This document shows, piece after piece, positions 1-13,319 of a stretch of DNA of 64,000 nucleotides. Made by a program: the position numbers and the translations under genes. The stretch lies in contig MU056050.1 of NCBI GenBank assembly GCA_013239625.1, positions 5,217,366 through 5,281,365 on the forward strand, given 5' to 3'. The notes under the pieces are model-generated. The model ran no database searches. It was not told where the DNA came from and worked only from the letters and a program-made list of their open reading frames with translations. The number at the start of each line of letters is the position of its first letter. The stretch's first letter is position 1. The stretch is from Lama guanicoe (Eukaryota).

Positions 1-2957
1 TCTATCAAAGGCTTCTATATGTACCTAAATATTGAGAGTATAACAGAATTTTGAATGTATAAATGGCAGATTTATATCAAAATTTTCAGATAAAACATTT
101 GATGATTAGCAGTTTCTACTGAGTAAATTTTAGCTGTAGTTTTTGGTTCAGAAGTTATGAAAACCTGGGATTTAAGTTTCTCTTCTTTTATTATTTAAAT
201 AAATACTTCTATGATTTTATACTGTTAACAATATAGTTTGCTGTGAATATTTGGTAGTTATTTTTATTAGTTTACTGAACCTCATTTCAATATCCATCTT
301 CATAAAAATTTTTAAAAATTGTTTAGAATAGCATTTTCTAAATTTTAATTATTAATTTTTCTCAATTCATGTAGTTAATCCCAGAATATAAAAGAGCATG
401 GTGATGCAGCAGCTCAGATTTGACAGTATTCTTCCTTGTATGGATTCTGTCACCAGCAGGATATATCACGTTTAGATATTTTGAGGGCCAGATGACTTGA
501 ATAAAGCATGTTGCACCTGTTCCTATACTTTGTGGCCTCCCCTCCTCCATAAATGTCCGGAAAAAATGAATGAAAATGTACTGTAACTTTTTATTCTATG
601 TGTGTGTGGGGGGTGTAGTCTTCCCCATACATATATCTGTATCCCACTGGAAACGCTGCAAATGAAAAAAAAAAAAGACTGCTTTTGTCTTTCATTCTTT
701 TCATTGGAAATAATAGAGATCAAATCACATTAGTATAACTAGAGAGATATGAGAATGATTATGAATAAAGGGACATCTTATAAAAATCCAAGAAAATGAG
801 CCTTTATTGTATTTGGCTTCCAAAGTGATTTCTAGACTTGAACTAGAGTGTGGTTCCAAATCAATAGAGCTTTAGAAAATTTTTCAGTGGTTATTGTAGA
901 GCTTTACTGTGATGTTCCAGAAGTAATCTTTTCCAGGTATACTCTGCATATCTTCCTTTTTGTTTCAGATGACCAGTAGGCCTTCTCCAATAATTCATAG
1001 TCTGTATTTCCTTACATCTTTGAATTTCACCACATGGCACTCCACTTTTGCTCCCTCACAATCATGTAGTTACATTTTTGTATCATTAACTGGCAGCTTC
1101 CTTCTATGTTTTTTCATTCAAGTTCCCAAAATAGACTATGTGATTCTTCAGTTGAGCCAGACCACAAATGGATTTGTCAACTCCTGGGTCAATAGTCCCT
1201 TCTCAGGTCCAAGTGGTTCTGGCCACCATGGGATGAGTGCAGGGGGATGTATAAATTATGACTGTCTAGGCGTCAAGAGTTTTGAATGGAGCAGTTTCCA
1301 TTAGAAAGGAGTATCAGAGTGGTATAGAGCATGAGTGGCATATATAATGTAGGCATATAACCCAAGGACAAACTCAAAGGAATAGCATGAACTTTGGAGA
1401 ATAAAATCCAAAATCAATTAGGCATAGGAAAATGCCAAATAAAACAATTTTTTTCAAAGCATTTTTATCTGCAAAATTGAACTTTACAGCCTTCCTGTCC
1501 CATACAAATTATTTTTTCTTTTTTCCTGAAATAAAAAGTCTATGAATAACAATATTGTGGTATTTGAGTCAAAATGCTCTTATGTGAAGATTCAAAAGAT
1601 GATACTTTTCATTATGTGAATTATTTGTTATGAATTGAGATGTGATTTCTGTTACTGAAATGAAAAAATTTACAGAATAAAATATTTATATTAAAATTCT
1701 TATTTGTTAATTTATTTTTAACCCTGAGCTGAACATTGATTTGATAAAACGTCATATGCTGAGTATGGAATTTATGGTATCCTTTCTAAATCAAAATCCT
1801 CCCTTGTGTTTACATAATGTCAGTCACTAGAGTTCAAAGCACTTAACAAACATTTCGCAACAAGCCTTAATGGATTTTAAAATTAATTAAGGAAGAGAAT
1901 GTCGCATTGCACCTATGCATGCTGATTCGGTATTCATTTGTCCTTGTCAATGCCTCTTACTCTTTTCAACATTCTTACCCTTCGTACTTTTTAAATTCAC
2001 CCTTGGAATATTCCTCTGACAGATAAAAAATTGCATCTGGATTCCAAGTTGCTCAAGGTCATAGAGCCAGCAAATAGGAAAATTTAGGTCATTACACAAT
2101 TTGTTTAATAGCACTGAAACACAAATTCTGTACATTTTAGATATATATCGTTAGAGGGTAAGGTGTCATGTATCTTCTAATAGACACTGCAGTATTGCCC
2201 CTTCACGTTCTAGGAATCTTTCAAATTAAAAAAAGAAAGAAAGAAAAAAAAAGAGTTAAATCTTTCATTAAGCTGTTTGCTCTTCATAAGGTTCATTAAG
2301 ACAACTAGAGGTGACACTCACCATAGCTGCCATCAAAATGTCTAATTATAATAAATATTTTTAAAAGATGTTCATCCATTGACTTCACTGCAACTTTATT
2401 GAAACATCAATTATAAGAAACCTGCCAGTTTGTGAAATAAATATTTATCCTTCTGTCCATCTATTCACCGATCTATTTATACCCGTTATGGGTACTTTCT
2501 CCCCATCAGAACCTGTCAAATTAAATAGATTATAATCATGTTGTCAAGAGCTGACTGTACTTCCATTAAAATAAAGTTAATCTGAGTGCTATAGTCACAT
2601 AGTTATTTTAAAGAAATATTGTACTGTTAATACAAAATTAATAGGAAATTACTTAGAAAAATTAGTGATAAAGTTAACTCCAAGTATGTCTGGGTAAGGT
2701 TTACCTTAAAATTTTATTATCCCACATTCAAAGCCTTTGGAAGATTAAGAGCTTTTGAAGGTAAATGAAAAATTATTAACTGTACTTCTACTGTTTACAA
2801 CTAAAACGATCTAAAACTGCTGTTATTAAGAGCTACAAACACACTCCTCCCAAATATATATCAAAAGCTCCACCTACAATAAAGAACCATTTGCTGATGC
2901 CCGATATTTGGCCATCAGTATTTCCTTTAGATTCATTCTTATCAGCCTTTACTGCCC

Positions 2958-3105
2958 TTTAGAATTTCCTGGGGACTATTAAAAACATCTCATGTTTAAG
3001 CTGTCTCTCAGACCAATTCAATCAAAATCTGTGAGGTGGCACTCATGCATCAGTCTTTTCTAAGGAGGATACTAAGTGAATCTAATGTCTAGTCCATGTT
3101 GACAG
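2958..3105. mobile_element. MER5-family (hAT-Charlie) DNA transposon remnant
   Basis: 'tagaatttcctggggactattaaaaa...agaccaattcaatcaaaatctgtgaggtgg...aagtgaatctaatgtctagtcc' follows the recalled MER5A1/MER5B layout. Confidence 0.55.
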
Positions 3106-3197
3106 AGTTAAGTAAGTCTCTACCACACATTTTCCCTTCTTTGCCTACTCTGTGACATTTTAAATGTCATAAAAGAAATGTACTACTTGGAATCAAC

Positions 3198-4070
3198 CAG
3201 AGATTCTTAACCTTTTCTTGGGCACTGGGCTCCTTTGGCAATCTGATGAATCCCATGGATCCCTCCTAAGAATAATGTATTTTTAAAGTTGTATACCAGG
3301 GTATCTTTTTTTATTGAAATATAGTTGCTTTTCAATGCTGTGTTAGTTTCAGATGTACAGCAAAGTGATTCAGTTATTTTTTTTCAGATTATTTTTCTAT
3401 ACACCACAACTTCTTTACTCAGTCATCTGTCAATGGACATTTAGGTTGCTTCCATGTCTCGGCTATTGTAAATAGCGCTGTTATGAACATTAGGGTACAT
3501 GTGTCTTTTCGAATTAGAGCTCCCTCCAGAGATATGCCCAGGAGTGAGATTGCTGGATCATATGATAAGTCTTATTTCAGTTTTTCAGGGAATCTCCAGA
3601 CTGTTTTCCTTAATTGCTGCACCAAACTATATAATAATCTTTTAAAATGCATAAAATACATGGAATTGGATTGGAAGAAAACTACTGTTATAAATATCAA
3701 AATATTAAAATTGTGTCATAGTAATATAATAATATTATATATACACACACATATATATATACACACACACATAGCTATTAACTTGGTTAAAATACATAGC
3801 AGTGAATTTCTTATCAAAACTTTGAGGAAGCTATGAACATCAATGTCATTTATCTTCAACAGCTATAATGGATTAAAACAATATTCATCTTTCTATCAAT
3901 GAGCCAATCACCGTCCTAGTAGTGTGTAAGACTGTTGTTGACTTTTATAATAGATAAAAATGCTGAATTTCAGTTACATTTCAGAGAAAAGAGATGTAAT
4001 TCATTCGCACTACCCAAGTTTATGAACATTCTGAATTTTATAAGAGGTCTGTGAACCCCAAATAATAACA
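3198..4070 (+). mobile_element. Charlie4a-like hAT element, split by an L1 fragment
   Basis: Starts 'cagagattcttaaccttttc...cctttggcaatctgatgaatcccatggatccctcctaagaataatg'. Resumes at ~3633 'aataatcttttaaaatgcataaaatacat' and ends near 'ggtctgtgaacccc'. Confidence 0.55.
3306..3630 (-). mobile_element. LINE-1 3' fragment with internal deletion
   Basis: Poly-T, then 'attgaaatatagttg...tgtgttagtttcagatgtacagcaaagtgattcagtt' (reverse of the L1 3' tip), joined near 3400 to reversed ORF2-end sequence 'ggacatttaggttgcttccatgtctcggctattgtaaatag'. Confidence 0.9.
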
Positions 4071-5447
4071 AAGATGTTTTCTTTGTTAAACTGCAAATAT
4101 GTCTCAATAAGGTATCACAAATAACAACACAGAAGCTGGCATACAATTTTCAGTCTAATTTGAAGTGGTGGATCTTACCATCAATAGGATATAGAAAATT
4201 ACTTCAGTGGCAAAAATGCTTAAATTATCAAGCTTTTAGCCAGAGCAGACAGATATTGGGAGAAAATTTATGGGTTGGTCTTAAGGTAGTATTCAGGTGA
4301 CAGGATGACATGAAGGAATTAAGAATTGAATGAGAAGTCAATTAAGGAGAGAAAGGACGTTTACAAGCCATGGAAAATAAACTTTTCCTGGTTTATACTT
4401 TTTGTTCAGGGTTAGACCAAGTCAAAGTGGTTTTACTCGGACAGTTATGGCCTGGTGTTACGGGCACAGAATGGAGCTAGGTACCCAAGGAGAAGTCCAG
4501 GGAAAACATCATATATTTATATTCAGTCCTCAGTATCAGAGGTTAGGAAAAGGAAGAGGTAGGTGATAATATGTGAAAATAAATAGTTAAGTGTGATAAT
4601 ACTTACATTAAGAAATCAACTTTATTTACTTTGATTTACCTTTTACTCTACACTACTCTTTAGATTATTTTTAAAGAACTCTTTAGATGACTTTTTTAGA
4701 ACTGTGAAGTGGTAAGTGTAAATCTTTCGTTGCACGCTTCAAGTAGCAGCTCCCTCTTAAACATTGTTTAATGCCCTTTGCAACTAACTGTTATCTGTCT
4801 TTCTAGGACTTGAGGGCCAGGAGCAAAGATTTGCATGCCTGGGTTTAATATTTTACAGATTTATTAACAGATCTTCTAATTCACAGGTTTATTAAGATCT
4901 AACAGAATTTAGAGGCTAGTGGGATAGGGACAGTCATTGCCATTCTCTAAATCTACTTTTATTTGAGTCATTAAGAGGTAAATTACTAAATTAATGATGT
5001 GTTTCTGTGCACAAGTGCATAAATGACTTGTATTTAAGCAAAAATAATGTAGGCTGGCTAGAATGATGTTGCTGATTGACTGATTAGGGAGTAAAAGTTG
5101 AGGAGCATGGTAAATGGAAATTCCACATAAACTGAGGGATGTGTTGGGTATTTTTAGGGTAGCCTATCTGTAAATCAATCTTTCTGTAAAATCATATTAA
5201 ACACCAGCTTTGTGAGTGGGTATTTATTTCTTCCTTGTACTCTAAACTTGTGCACAGCTTCTAAAAAGATCTAAAATACCCCCAAAGTAAGAACAAAAAG
5301 AAAATAGGACATTTGGTGATATTTTGTTACAACAATAATTGCATTTTGTACCACTTTATTATCTCTGTAATGGACAGGATACCCCAAATTCTAGAGGTAC
5401 TGTGTAGAAAAATGTAAATAATTGTGCAGAATTTGTTACTTTTATTT

Positions 5448-5675
5448 GGTATTAACAAATACACACTACTATATTTAAAGTAAACAATAAGGACTTACTG
5501 TATAGCATAGGGAACTATATTCAATATCTTATAATAACCTATAATAAAAAAGAATCTGAAAAAGTATATATGTGTATATATATATGTATAACTGAATAAT
5601 TTGCTCTACACCTGAAATGTTATAAATCAATGATACTTCAATTTTAAAAAGCTGAAAAATAAATAAATAAATAAG
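5448..5675 (+). mobile_element. LINE-1 3' UTR fragment with A-rich tail
   Basis: 'ggacttactgtatagcatagggaactatattcaatatcttataataacctataa...tacacctgaaa...atacttcaa' followed by (AAAT)n. Homologous to the other L1 tips in the window. Confidence 0.9.
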
Positions 5676-5749
5676 AAAGGAAAAAGTCTTTATTATCTTT
5701 CATTCTAAAGCACATTGCTAATTCCTTAGCACAGTTCCATATAACATCA

Positions 5750-6862
5750 TCAGTTAATTCTACCAAATGTTTGAAAAACAAACACCAATCAGTTGCAAAC
5801 TCTTTTACAAAACAGAAAAGGCAAGGATACTCCCTAATTCATTCTGTGAGGCCACTAATAGTCCGATAAACAAAACTAGACAAAGACATTATAGGAAAAG
5901 GAAGACAAAGACCAGTATCTCTTTGAATTGCAAAATCCTCAAGAAAATACTAGCAAATCAAATTGAGAAGCATATTGAAAAGACTTTACACCATGATCAA
6001 CTAGAATCTAACCCAGAAATGAAGAGTAGTTCAACGTGCAAAACAAAATCAAGGTAATACACCATACTAATAGAATAAATAAAAAATAATCATCTCAATA
6101 GACACACAAAAACACATTTGACAAGATCCTACATACTTTCATTGGAATAGAAGGATACTTTCTCAGCCTCCTAAAGGCTCCTATGAAAAAACTCACAGCT
6201 AACATCAGACTTAATGGAGAAACACTGAAATATTTTTCCCTAAAGTCAGAACAAAAGACAGCAATAGACACTTTTGCCACAACTGTTCAACATTTTACTG
6301 GACATTCTAGTCAAAGCAATAAGGTAAGAACATGAAAAAGAAGATCCAGATTGGAAAAATAAATACTTGAAACTGTCTTTTTATGGACTCTTATATATAG
6401 AAAACACTAAAGATTACACAAAATAATGCATTAGATATAATAAATGAGTTCAGCAAAGCTACAGGATACAGGACGAATGTACACAAATCAGTTGTATTTC
6501 TACACAGTATCAATGAGCAATCAGAAAAAAATTTTTAAAAACCCAAATCTATCTGCAATAATATAAAAAAGAATGAAATACTTTTAAAAAGTTAACTGAG
6601 AAAGTACAAGAATTTTACATTGAAAATGATAATTGTTGGGGGAAAAAAAAGGCTTGAAGACCTAAATAAATAGAAAGGCAGTATATGTTCATGGCCTGGG
6701 AGATTTAATATTGTTAAAGCAATCAGTTGAAAAGTAATCTAAAAATTTATTAAACTTCCTGTCTAAATTCCAACTTCACTTTTTGCATAAACAGAGAAAA
6801 TTCATCTGAAATTTCAAGGTCCCTTTTATAGCCAAAACAATCTTGGAAAACCAGTACAAAAT
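5750..6862 (+). mobile_element. Old LINE-1 ORF2 (reverse transcriptase region) fragment, pseudogenised
   Basis: ORF 5767..6057 has L1 ORF2 motifs (ILPNSFCEA, KILKKILANQI, LHHDQ). Many stops and frameshifts downstream. Confidence 0.9.
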
Positions 6863-6864
6863 TA

Positions 6865-7492
6865 ACTCCCTCTACTTACCATTTTCTACATAGCAGCCAA
6901 AGTTATGTCTTGGAAACATAAATCACATCATATTACTATTTTACACAGAAACCTCCATGCATTACAATGAAACTCACAACAAAATATAAATTGTATATTT
7001 CTGTCTATAATGTCCTACATAGTTTGGTTCTCAACTACCTCTATTACCTGATCTGTAACCACTCTTTCTGTTGTTTACTTGACTCCAGCCACTAGCCTCC
7101 TTGAAATCCTTGAATACACCAAGCCAGCTCTCCAGGACCACTGTGTATTATTCCTTCTTTATCTGTGATGCTTATTCTCAGCTATCTTCAGGGTTTGCTG
7201 TCTCACTTCATTCAAGTAACTGCTCAAATGTCACCTTTCCAAAAAGGTATGTACTCTATCAAAAACAGCACTCCCAATTCCCATACCTTCCATGGGTGAT
7301 CTGTTTCCTTTCTGCTGCTTTATTTATCATCACTGTTATCTCATATATATGAAAAGATTTATTGCTTCTTTCTCCTCATAAAATTTAAGCTCATGAAAGC
7401 AAGAGTTTTCTCTATTTAATGTTCTGTTGCCAATGCCCGGACCAGCACACAACATACGGTAAGTGCTCAATACATATTTTATGAATGAAAAA
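6865..7492 (+). mobile_element. LINE-2 3' end fragment
   Basis: 'ctccagccactagcctccttg', 'ctcacttcattcaagt...gctcaaatgtcacctt' and the L2 terminus 'gtaagtgctcaatacatattttatgaatgaa'. Confidence 0.75.
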
Positions 7493-7815
7493 ATGGGTAT
7501 TAGTAAATGAGGGAATATTTACCTCTTTACAATTTGAAAAATATTAAAAATGTACATCTGCCTATTTCCCCATATCTTTTCTTCTCCAACTCTTTCCCAG
7601 TAACTTTCTTCTTCCTTATATAAAGGTACATAGCTATGAAATGTGTATTTTACAACTTTCTTTTAGGAACTGAATGGAGCTTTATTATTACTGTCCTTTA
7701 TGATTTAAGTTCAATGCTTAATATTTATTTTCTCCTACATTTGAAATATAAATGTGTATATTTTAATGATATGCATATACATGTAGATATACATTTATAT
7801 GAGTATATACATATA

Positions 7816-8146
7816 CGTGGCCCTCTGTATCTGCAGATTCCACAACCATGGATCAAAAATATTTTTAAAAATTCCAGAAAGTTCCAAAAAGCAAAACTTG
7901 AACTCACAGTGCACTGTCAAATATTTACACACCATTTCTATTGTATTTACAAGTATTTACATAGCATTTACACTGTATCAGGTATTATAAGTAATTTAGA
8001 GCTGATTTAAAGTATACAGGAGGATGTGTCTGGGTAACATGCAAATAGTTCACTATTTTATAATAAGAGACTTGAGCACCCATGGATTTTGGAATCCTTG
8101 GAGAATCCTGAAATGAATCCCCCACAGATACCAAGGGATCACTATC
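7816..8146 (-). mobile_element. MER2/MER2B-like Tigger-family MITE (copy 1)
   Basis: Core 'ttataagtaatttagagctgatttaaagtatacaggaggatgtg', degenerate TIRs (ccctctgtatc ... gataccaaggg). Clearly paralogous to 38671-39019. Confidence 0.8.
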
Positions 8147-10134
8147 CATACACAGAGATATTAGTCTATTTCTATTTTCTCAGGTTATAAACCTGGGTAC
8201 TATGATAATGAAAATGAAGTCATATTCTCTGATTTTATGCTCATTCTAGTTGCTTTACTTTGCCTAGAAAAAAAGCAAGGAAAACTCAGCTCAGTGATTT
8301 CATGTGGCTTACTTAACCTGGAACAGCCATCTCACCTGCCTATATTGATTAAAAGAAGCAAGAATATATGGGCAGCTTAAAAGTAAACATTATCTCTAGG
8401 AGCCTCTCATTAATCATACTGGGAATTTGTGACAGTTAGCCACATAATCAAAATTCCAGAGCATTTTCTTACTTTGTAAACTTTTGTATTATTTATTCAG
8501 ACATTTGTATGAAAAAAGGAGTGACAGTCTTTCTCAGCAAGAAGTCAGTAGTCCTAGAATATTCATTAATGATATGAGAAAGAAATCTGTCCTGAATTCA
8601 AACACACACTGATGGACTTCTGCTTACTCAGCAATCATTCATCTTCCACCGCTCCACTTTTACTTATTCATTGATTTTTAGGTATATGACTAGGAAATTC
8701 GGCCATCTCTCTCCAATTGCAATCATAAATTCCACAGCTGAAATTCCGAGAATCCGATTTTCCAATGAACTTTTTAAGGCTTTTAAAAGATCAAATGATA
8801 GGAATCAGTGCCATAGCACAATATGGTAGTTTAAGTTATTCACAACCTTCTCTCATCAGCAGCTTTTTAAGGTGGATCCCTTTGGTCTTTTCTTGGATGA
8901 GCTGTAGCCTTACTCTTTAATATCAACCAGCCTCTTTTCTAGAGAGGAGGCACTTTGAAATTGGCAACCATTTAAGCTCACTGATCAAAGTGTGCAATGG
9001 ATTGTTTCCAACAAACTGCATCTGCATCTATGACCACTGGCTTCCAAAGGATATTTCCTAATGCAGTTACAAAATTGGCTCTGACACTGGTCACAGGCCA
9101 GCTACCCTCAGTTTTGCTCCTCTGATGGCTTCCATCAAAGGCCATTGAACAGTTTTCGATGGCACTTTGGCTTCTTTCATAACACAGTGAAAGAGGAAGG
9201 TCATCTTCTATAAATAACTGCATCTTTTTAAAAGTACCAAGCTAACTGCTTTCAAAGCCAAGCAATCCTAATGTATGCATGGTATATATAAAATGGTTTT
9301 CAGATGTTGAAAAGTGATTCAAGGGAAAAATTACATATTTTCTGGAGACAAATTGGTTTTCAAAATTAAATTAATGTGTTTTATTTTAATTTATTATAAG
9401 ATCCATCTAAAAATCCACAAAGTTTTAAATTGTGCTTTTATTGAAATCTGGTTCCCAGGTTATTGGTTTATTATTTTGACTGATGACCACTGTTTCCATA
9501 ATCAGTTGTCAGTATCCATATCAGTATTAAACATACATCAATTAACTTTTAGGAAGAACAAGTGAAAATCATGTGTCAATTTTCCAGAATTAAAAAAAAA
9601 ATTTAACAAAAATGACCCTGAAAATATAAAGCCTCTAATAAGGGCAGTAAAAAAACAGAGAATGAAGTAAATATGTAGGAAAATGGAGGTCATTTATACG
9701 CATATTCTACAGGTCTGCTGATGCTTGAAATATACTTCCCAAAGGAAATACAAGTGGGCATGTAGATACTCTATCACTCTGGAAAACAAGTGATTAAGAC
9801 ATATTCTGTTTTTATACAGATTTTAAATGCATATGTTTTGAGCTCCAAGAACTCCATAGACATAAGCATACAGGACCAAGTAGTGTTCTGCCGAAGAGCC
9901 ATCCTAATTTTTAATGTGGTGATGTATTCTAATAAAATTATTTGGAGAAATCAATTTAAAAAGTAAAATCTGTAGATAAAATGTTTTTGTTAATTTAAAT
10001 TAAATCAAACCTTCCTTTCAAGCTTCTAAATATCCTTTCATATTTCATCAACTGAAACATTTATGTCAAAAGCTGTATGTTTTAAAGATATGAATAAGAG
10101 AAAGAATAATGAAAGACTTGGCCTTTAGTTTTTT

Positions 10135-10428
10135 TTTACGAACTGAATGTTTGTCTCTCCCCCAAAATTCATATGTTGAGTTCTTAAATCACAATGTTTT
10201 AGTATTTGAAGATGGGAATTTGGGGAGGGACGTAGGGTTACATAAGATCATAAGGTGGGGCACTCATGATAGAATTAGAGTCCTTATAAGAAGAAATATC
10301 AAAGAGCTTGCTTCCCCTCCCCCTTCATTCTCCGTCACATCTTTCCTCTCCTTTCCTCTTCCACTCCCAGTGCACACACTGAGGAAAGAGCATGTGAGCA
10401 CATGTCAGGAAGCCAGGAATAGGCCAGA
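10135..10428 (+). mobile_element. MLT1A-type MaLR LTR, 5' part (interrupted by L1)
   Basis: 'actgaatgtttgtctctcccccaaaattcatatgttga...gtccttataagaagaaa' is a typical MLT1A start. Confidence 0.8.
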
Positions 10429-11920
10429 AACAATTAGAATTAATAAATGTATTCATCAAGGTTGCAGGATACAAGATTAATATACAGAAATCCGTTGTGA
10501 TTCTATAAACTAATAATGAAATATTAGGAAAAGAAAGTGAAAAAAAAACCCATTTATAATTGCATCAAAAAATTACCTAGAAATAAACTTAACCAAGAAG
10601 GTGAAAAACCTATATACTGAAAACTATAAAACAGTGATGAAGGAAATTGAAGCTGATATAAAGAAATAGAAGGATACTCCATGCTCTTGGGTTGGAAAAA
10701 TTAATATTATTAAAATGGCCATACTACCCCAAGCAATATGCAAATTTAGTACAATCTTTATCAAAATACCCAGAACACTGTCCACAACACTAGAATAAAT
10801 AACCCTAAAATTGATATGGAACCACCAAAGACCCCAAATTTCCAAAGCAATCCTGAGAAAAAAGAACAAAGCTGGAGGTATAACCCTCCTAGGCATCAAA
10901 CAATACTACAAAGCAACTAATGTGTAGTACTGGCACAAAAACAGACACAGAGATCAATGGAGCAGAGTAGAGAGCGCAGAACTAAACCCACACACCTAAA
11001 GTCAATTAATCTACAACAAAGGAGGCAAGAATATACAATGGAGAAAAGACAGTCTCTTCAGCAACAGATGCTGGGAAAACTGGACAGCCACATATAAAAT
11101 GGTGAAATTAAAACATCCCTCACACCATAGACAAAAATAAACTCAAAATGGTTTAATGACTTAAACATAAAACATGATACCATAAAATTCAGAGAGAACA
11201 CAGGTGAAACACTCTTTGACATAAATCATAGCAATATTATTAGTCTCCCAAGGCAAAAGAAATAAAAGCAAAAATAAAGAAATGAGACCTAATTAAACTT
11301 AAAAGCTTTTTCACAGCAGAAGAAACCATCAACAAAATCAAAAGATAACCTACAGAATGAGAGAACATACTTGGAAATGATGTGACTGACAAAAGTTTAA
11401 TTTTCAAAATATACAAACAGCTCATACAACTTAATAACAAAAACAGACAACCCAATAAAAAAATGGGCAGAAAATCTGATCAGACTTTTTTCCAAGGAAG
11501 ACATATAGGCACATGAAAAGATGCTCAACAGTGCTAATTATTAGAGGAATGCAAATCAAAACCACAATGAGATATCACCTCATCCCTGTCGGAATGTCTA
11601 TCATCAAAATCTACAAATAATAAATGCTGGAAACTGTGTGGAGAAAAGGGAATTCTCCTACACTTTTGGTGGGAATGTAAATTGGTGCAGCTACTATAGA
11701 AAACACTATGGAGATTCCCCAAAAAACTAAAAATAAAACTATCATATGATCCAGCAATTCTACTCCTGGGTATATACTCACACACACACACACAAAATGA
11801 AAACACTAATTTGAAAAGATGCATGCACTCCAATGTTTATAGCAGCACTATTTACAATAATGAAGACATGGAAACAACACAAGTGCCAATCAACAGATGG
11901 ATGGATAAAAAAGAGATGTG

Positions 11921-11922
<2 letters not shown>

Positions 11923-11953
<31 letters not shown>
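11923..11953. repeat. (AC)n microsatellite, ~15 units, inside L1
   Basis: Directly visible AC run. Confidence 0.95.
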
Positions 11954-11955
<2 letters not shown>

Positions 11956-12141
11956 GGAATGTTACTCAGCCATAAAAAATAATGAAATATTGTCATTTCC
12001 AGCAATGTGGTGGACCAAGAGAATATTATGCTTAGTGAACTAAGTCAGACAGAGAAAGACAAATACTATATAGTATTACTCATATGTGAAATCTAAAAAA
12101 TAATACAAATGAATGTATATGCAAAAATAGAAAGACTCATG

Positions 12142-12195
12142 CACAACACTGTAAAATGATTATGAATCAATAAAAATGTAAAGAAAAAAAAAAAA
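12142..12195 (+). mobile_element. 54-bp extreme 3' tip of an L1 with poly(A), nested in the older L1
   Basis: Flanked by the 13-bp direct repeat agaaagactcatg (12129-12141 and 12196-12208). Contains AATAAA (12169-12174) and an A tail. Confidence 0.85.
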
Positions 12196-12475
12196 AGAAA
12201 GACTCATGGACATAGAAAACAAACTTATGCTTACCAAAGGGGAAAGAGAAGGGGGAAGGGATAAATTAGGAAGGGATAAATGTGATTAACAGGTACAAAC
12301 TACTATATATACAATAGATAAGCAACAATGATTTACTTTATAGCACAAGGAATTACACCCAATATCTTTTAATAACCTATAACGGAATATAATCTGCAAG
12401 CACTGAATCACTATGCTATACACCTGAAACTAACACAATATCGTAAAGCAACTATACTTCATTTTTAAAAAATGA

Positions 12476-12623
12476 AACCAGAAAGAAAGTTCTCATCAGA
12501 AACTAAATAGGCTGGCACCTTAATTTTGGTCTTCCCAGCCTCCAGAACTGTTGAGTAAGAAATTTGTTGTTTAAACCGTCCTTCTATGGTATCTTGTTAG
12601 GACAGCCTGAGCTGACTATTAAC
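12476..12623 (+). mobile_element. MLT1A-type MaLR LTR, 3' part
   Basis: 'ctggcaccttaattttggtcttcccagcctccagaactg...tgttgtttaa...ctatggtat...aca' completes the LTR begun at ~10135. Confidence 0.8.
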
Positions 12624-12934
12624 AGTTGTCTAAAAAGTATAGAGGAAGAAATAAACCAGAACGCCTTTTCACTTAACTGAGAACTGAGAGTCCCTATTTC
12701 TTTTTCTCCACTCTTCACTCTTCAGGGGGCATTTTTGTCTTGTTTTGTTTTAAATCAATGGTGGATAAGCCCTTAAAATGCTGTTCTAAGAAAAGCCACT
12801 AGTATTACTTTATTATTTCATGAAATATACTGTAGCTTGGTGTGGTTAAGAACAAAAGTGACACTTTAAAGATAAGAATTGGATACAGATAGCTCTAAGA
12901 AGCAAGGGAACAAACTGATATTAAATGCTGTTTC

Positions 12935-13110
12935 AGATACTATACTAACTACTTAACTACCTTAATATGTAACATATGTTTAATCCTTAAATAATCCCTG
13001 AAAATGGATATCTCCTTTTAGAGATGAGGAAACGAGAGCAACTTGTAAAACCATAGACCTACTACATTAGAATCACGAATAGAATTATGCTATCCACAGC
13101 CCTGTTTTCT
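12935..13110 (-). mobile_element. MIR SINE remnant
   Basis: 'tttaatccttaaataatccctg...ctccttttagagatgaggaaac' is the reverse MIR core. Confidence 0.55.
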
Positions 13111-13319
13111 TTCCACCAAGCCATATTACCTCTCAAACCATGCACACAATTAGTGCTCAGTCTGTCATACCATTGAGAGACTCTGTGGGGCTTAATGTCT
13201 TCATCTTCTCTGAAATGAACCCTAGATTTAAGATGCCTTGGGATACTACGTTTCAAATTTCATTGTATTGATTCTCAGTGATCCTGAGTTTATATTGTCT
13301 GAGGGTATTATGAATGCCG

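Larger units (their letters stand above)
10430..12473 (+). mobile_element. 5'-truncated LINE-1 (~2 kb: 3' half of ORF2 plus 3' UTR)
   Basis: Continuous L1 ORF2 similarity ('ggatacaagattaatatacagaaatc', 'aaaatggccatactacccc', 'gatccagcaattctactcctgggtatata') and a 3' UTR ending 'caactatacttc'. Confidence 0.95.

Noticed and set aside
517..655. Possible minus-strand exon after a strong acceptor (poly-T...catttgcag) with donor cag|gtgcaa
   Set aside because: All three frames contain stops and the donor is weak. At most a non-coding exon, which I cannot support without transcript data
4658..4704. 23-bp imperfect tandem duplication (actctttagat...aga) x2
   Set aside because: Ordinary slippage duplication with no further structure
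7636..8010. Similar peptides (RKFQKAKLEL) in ORFs at 7636-8010 and 38621-38806, suggesting paralogous genes
   Set aside because: Both derive from the two copies of the non-coding MER2-like MITE
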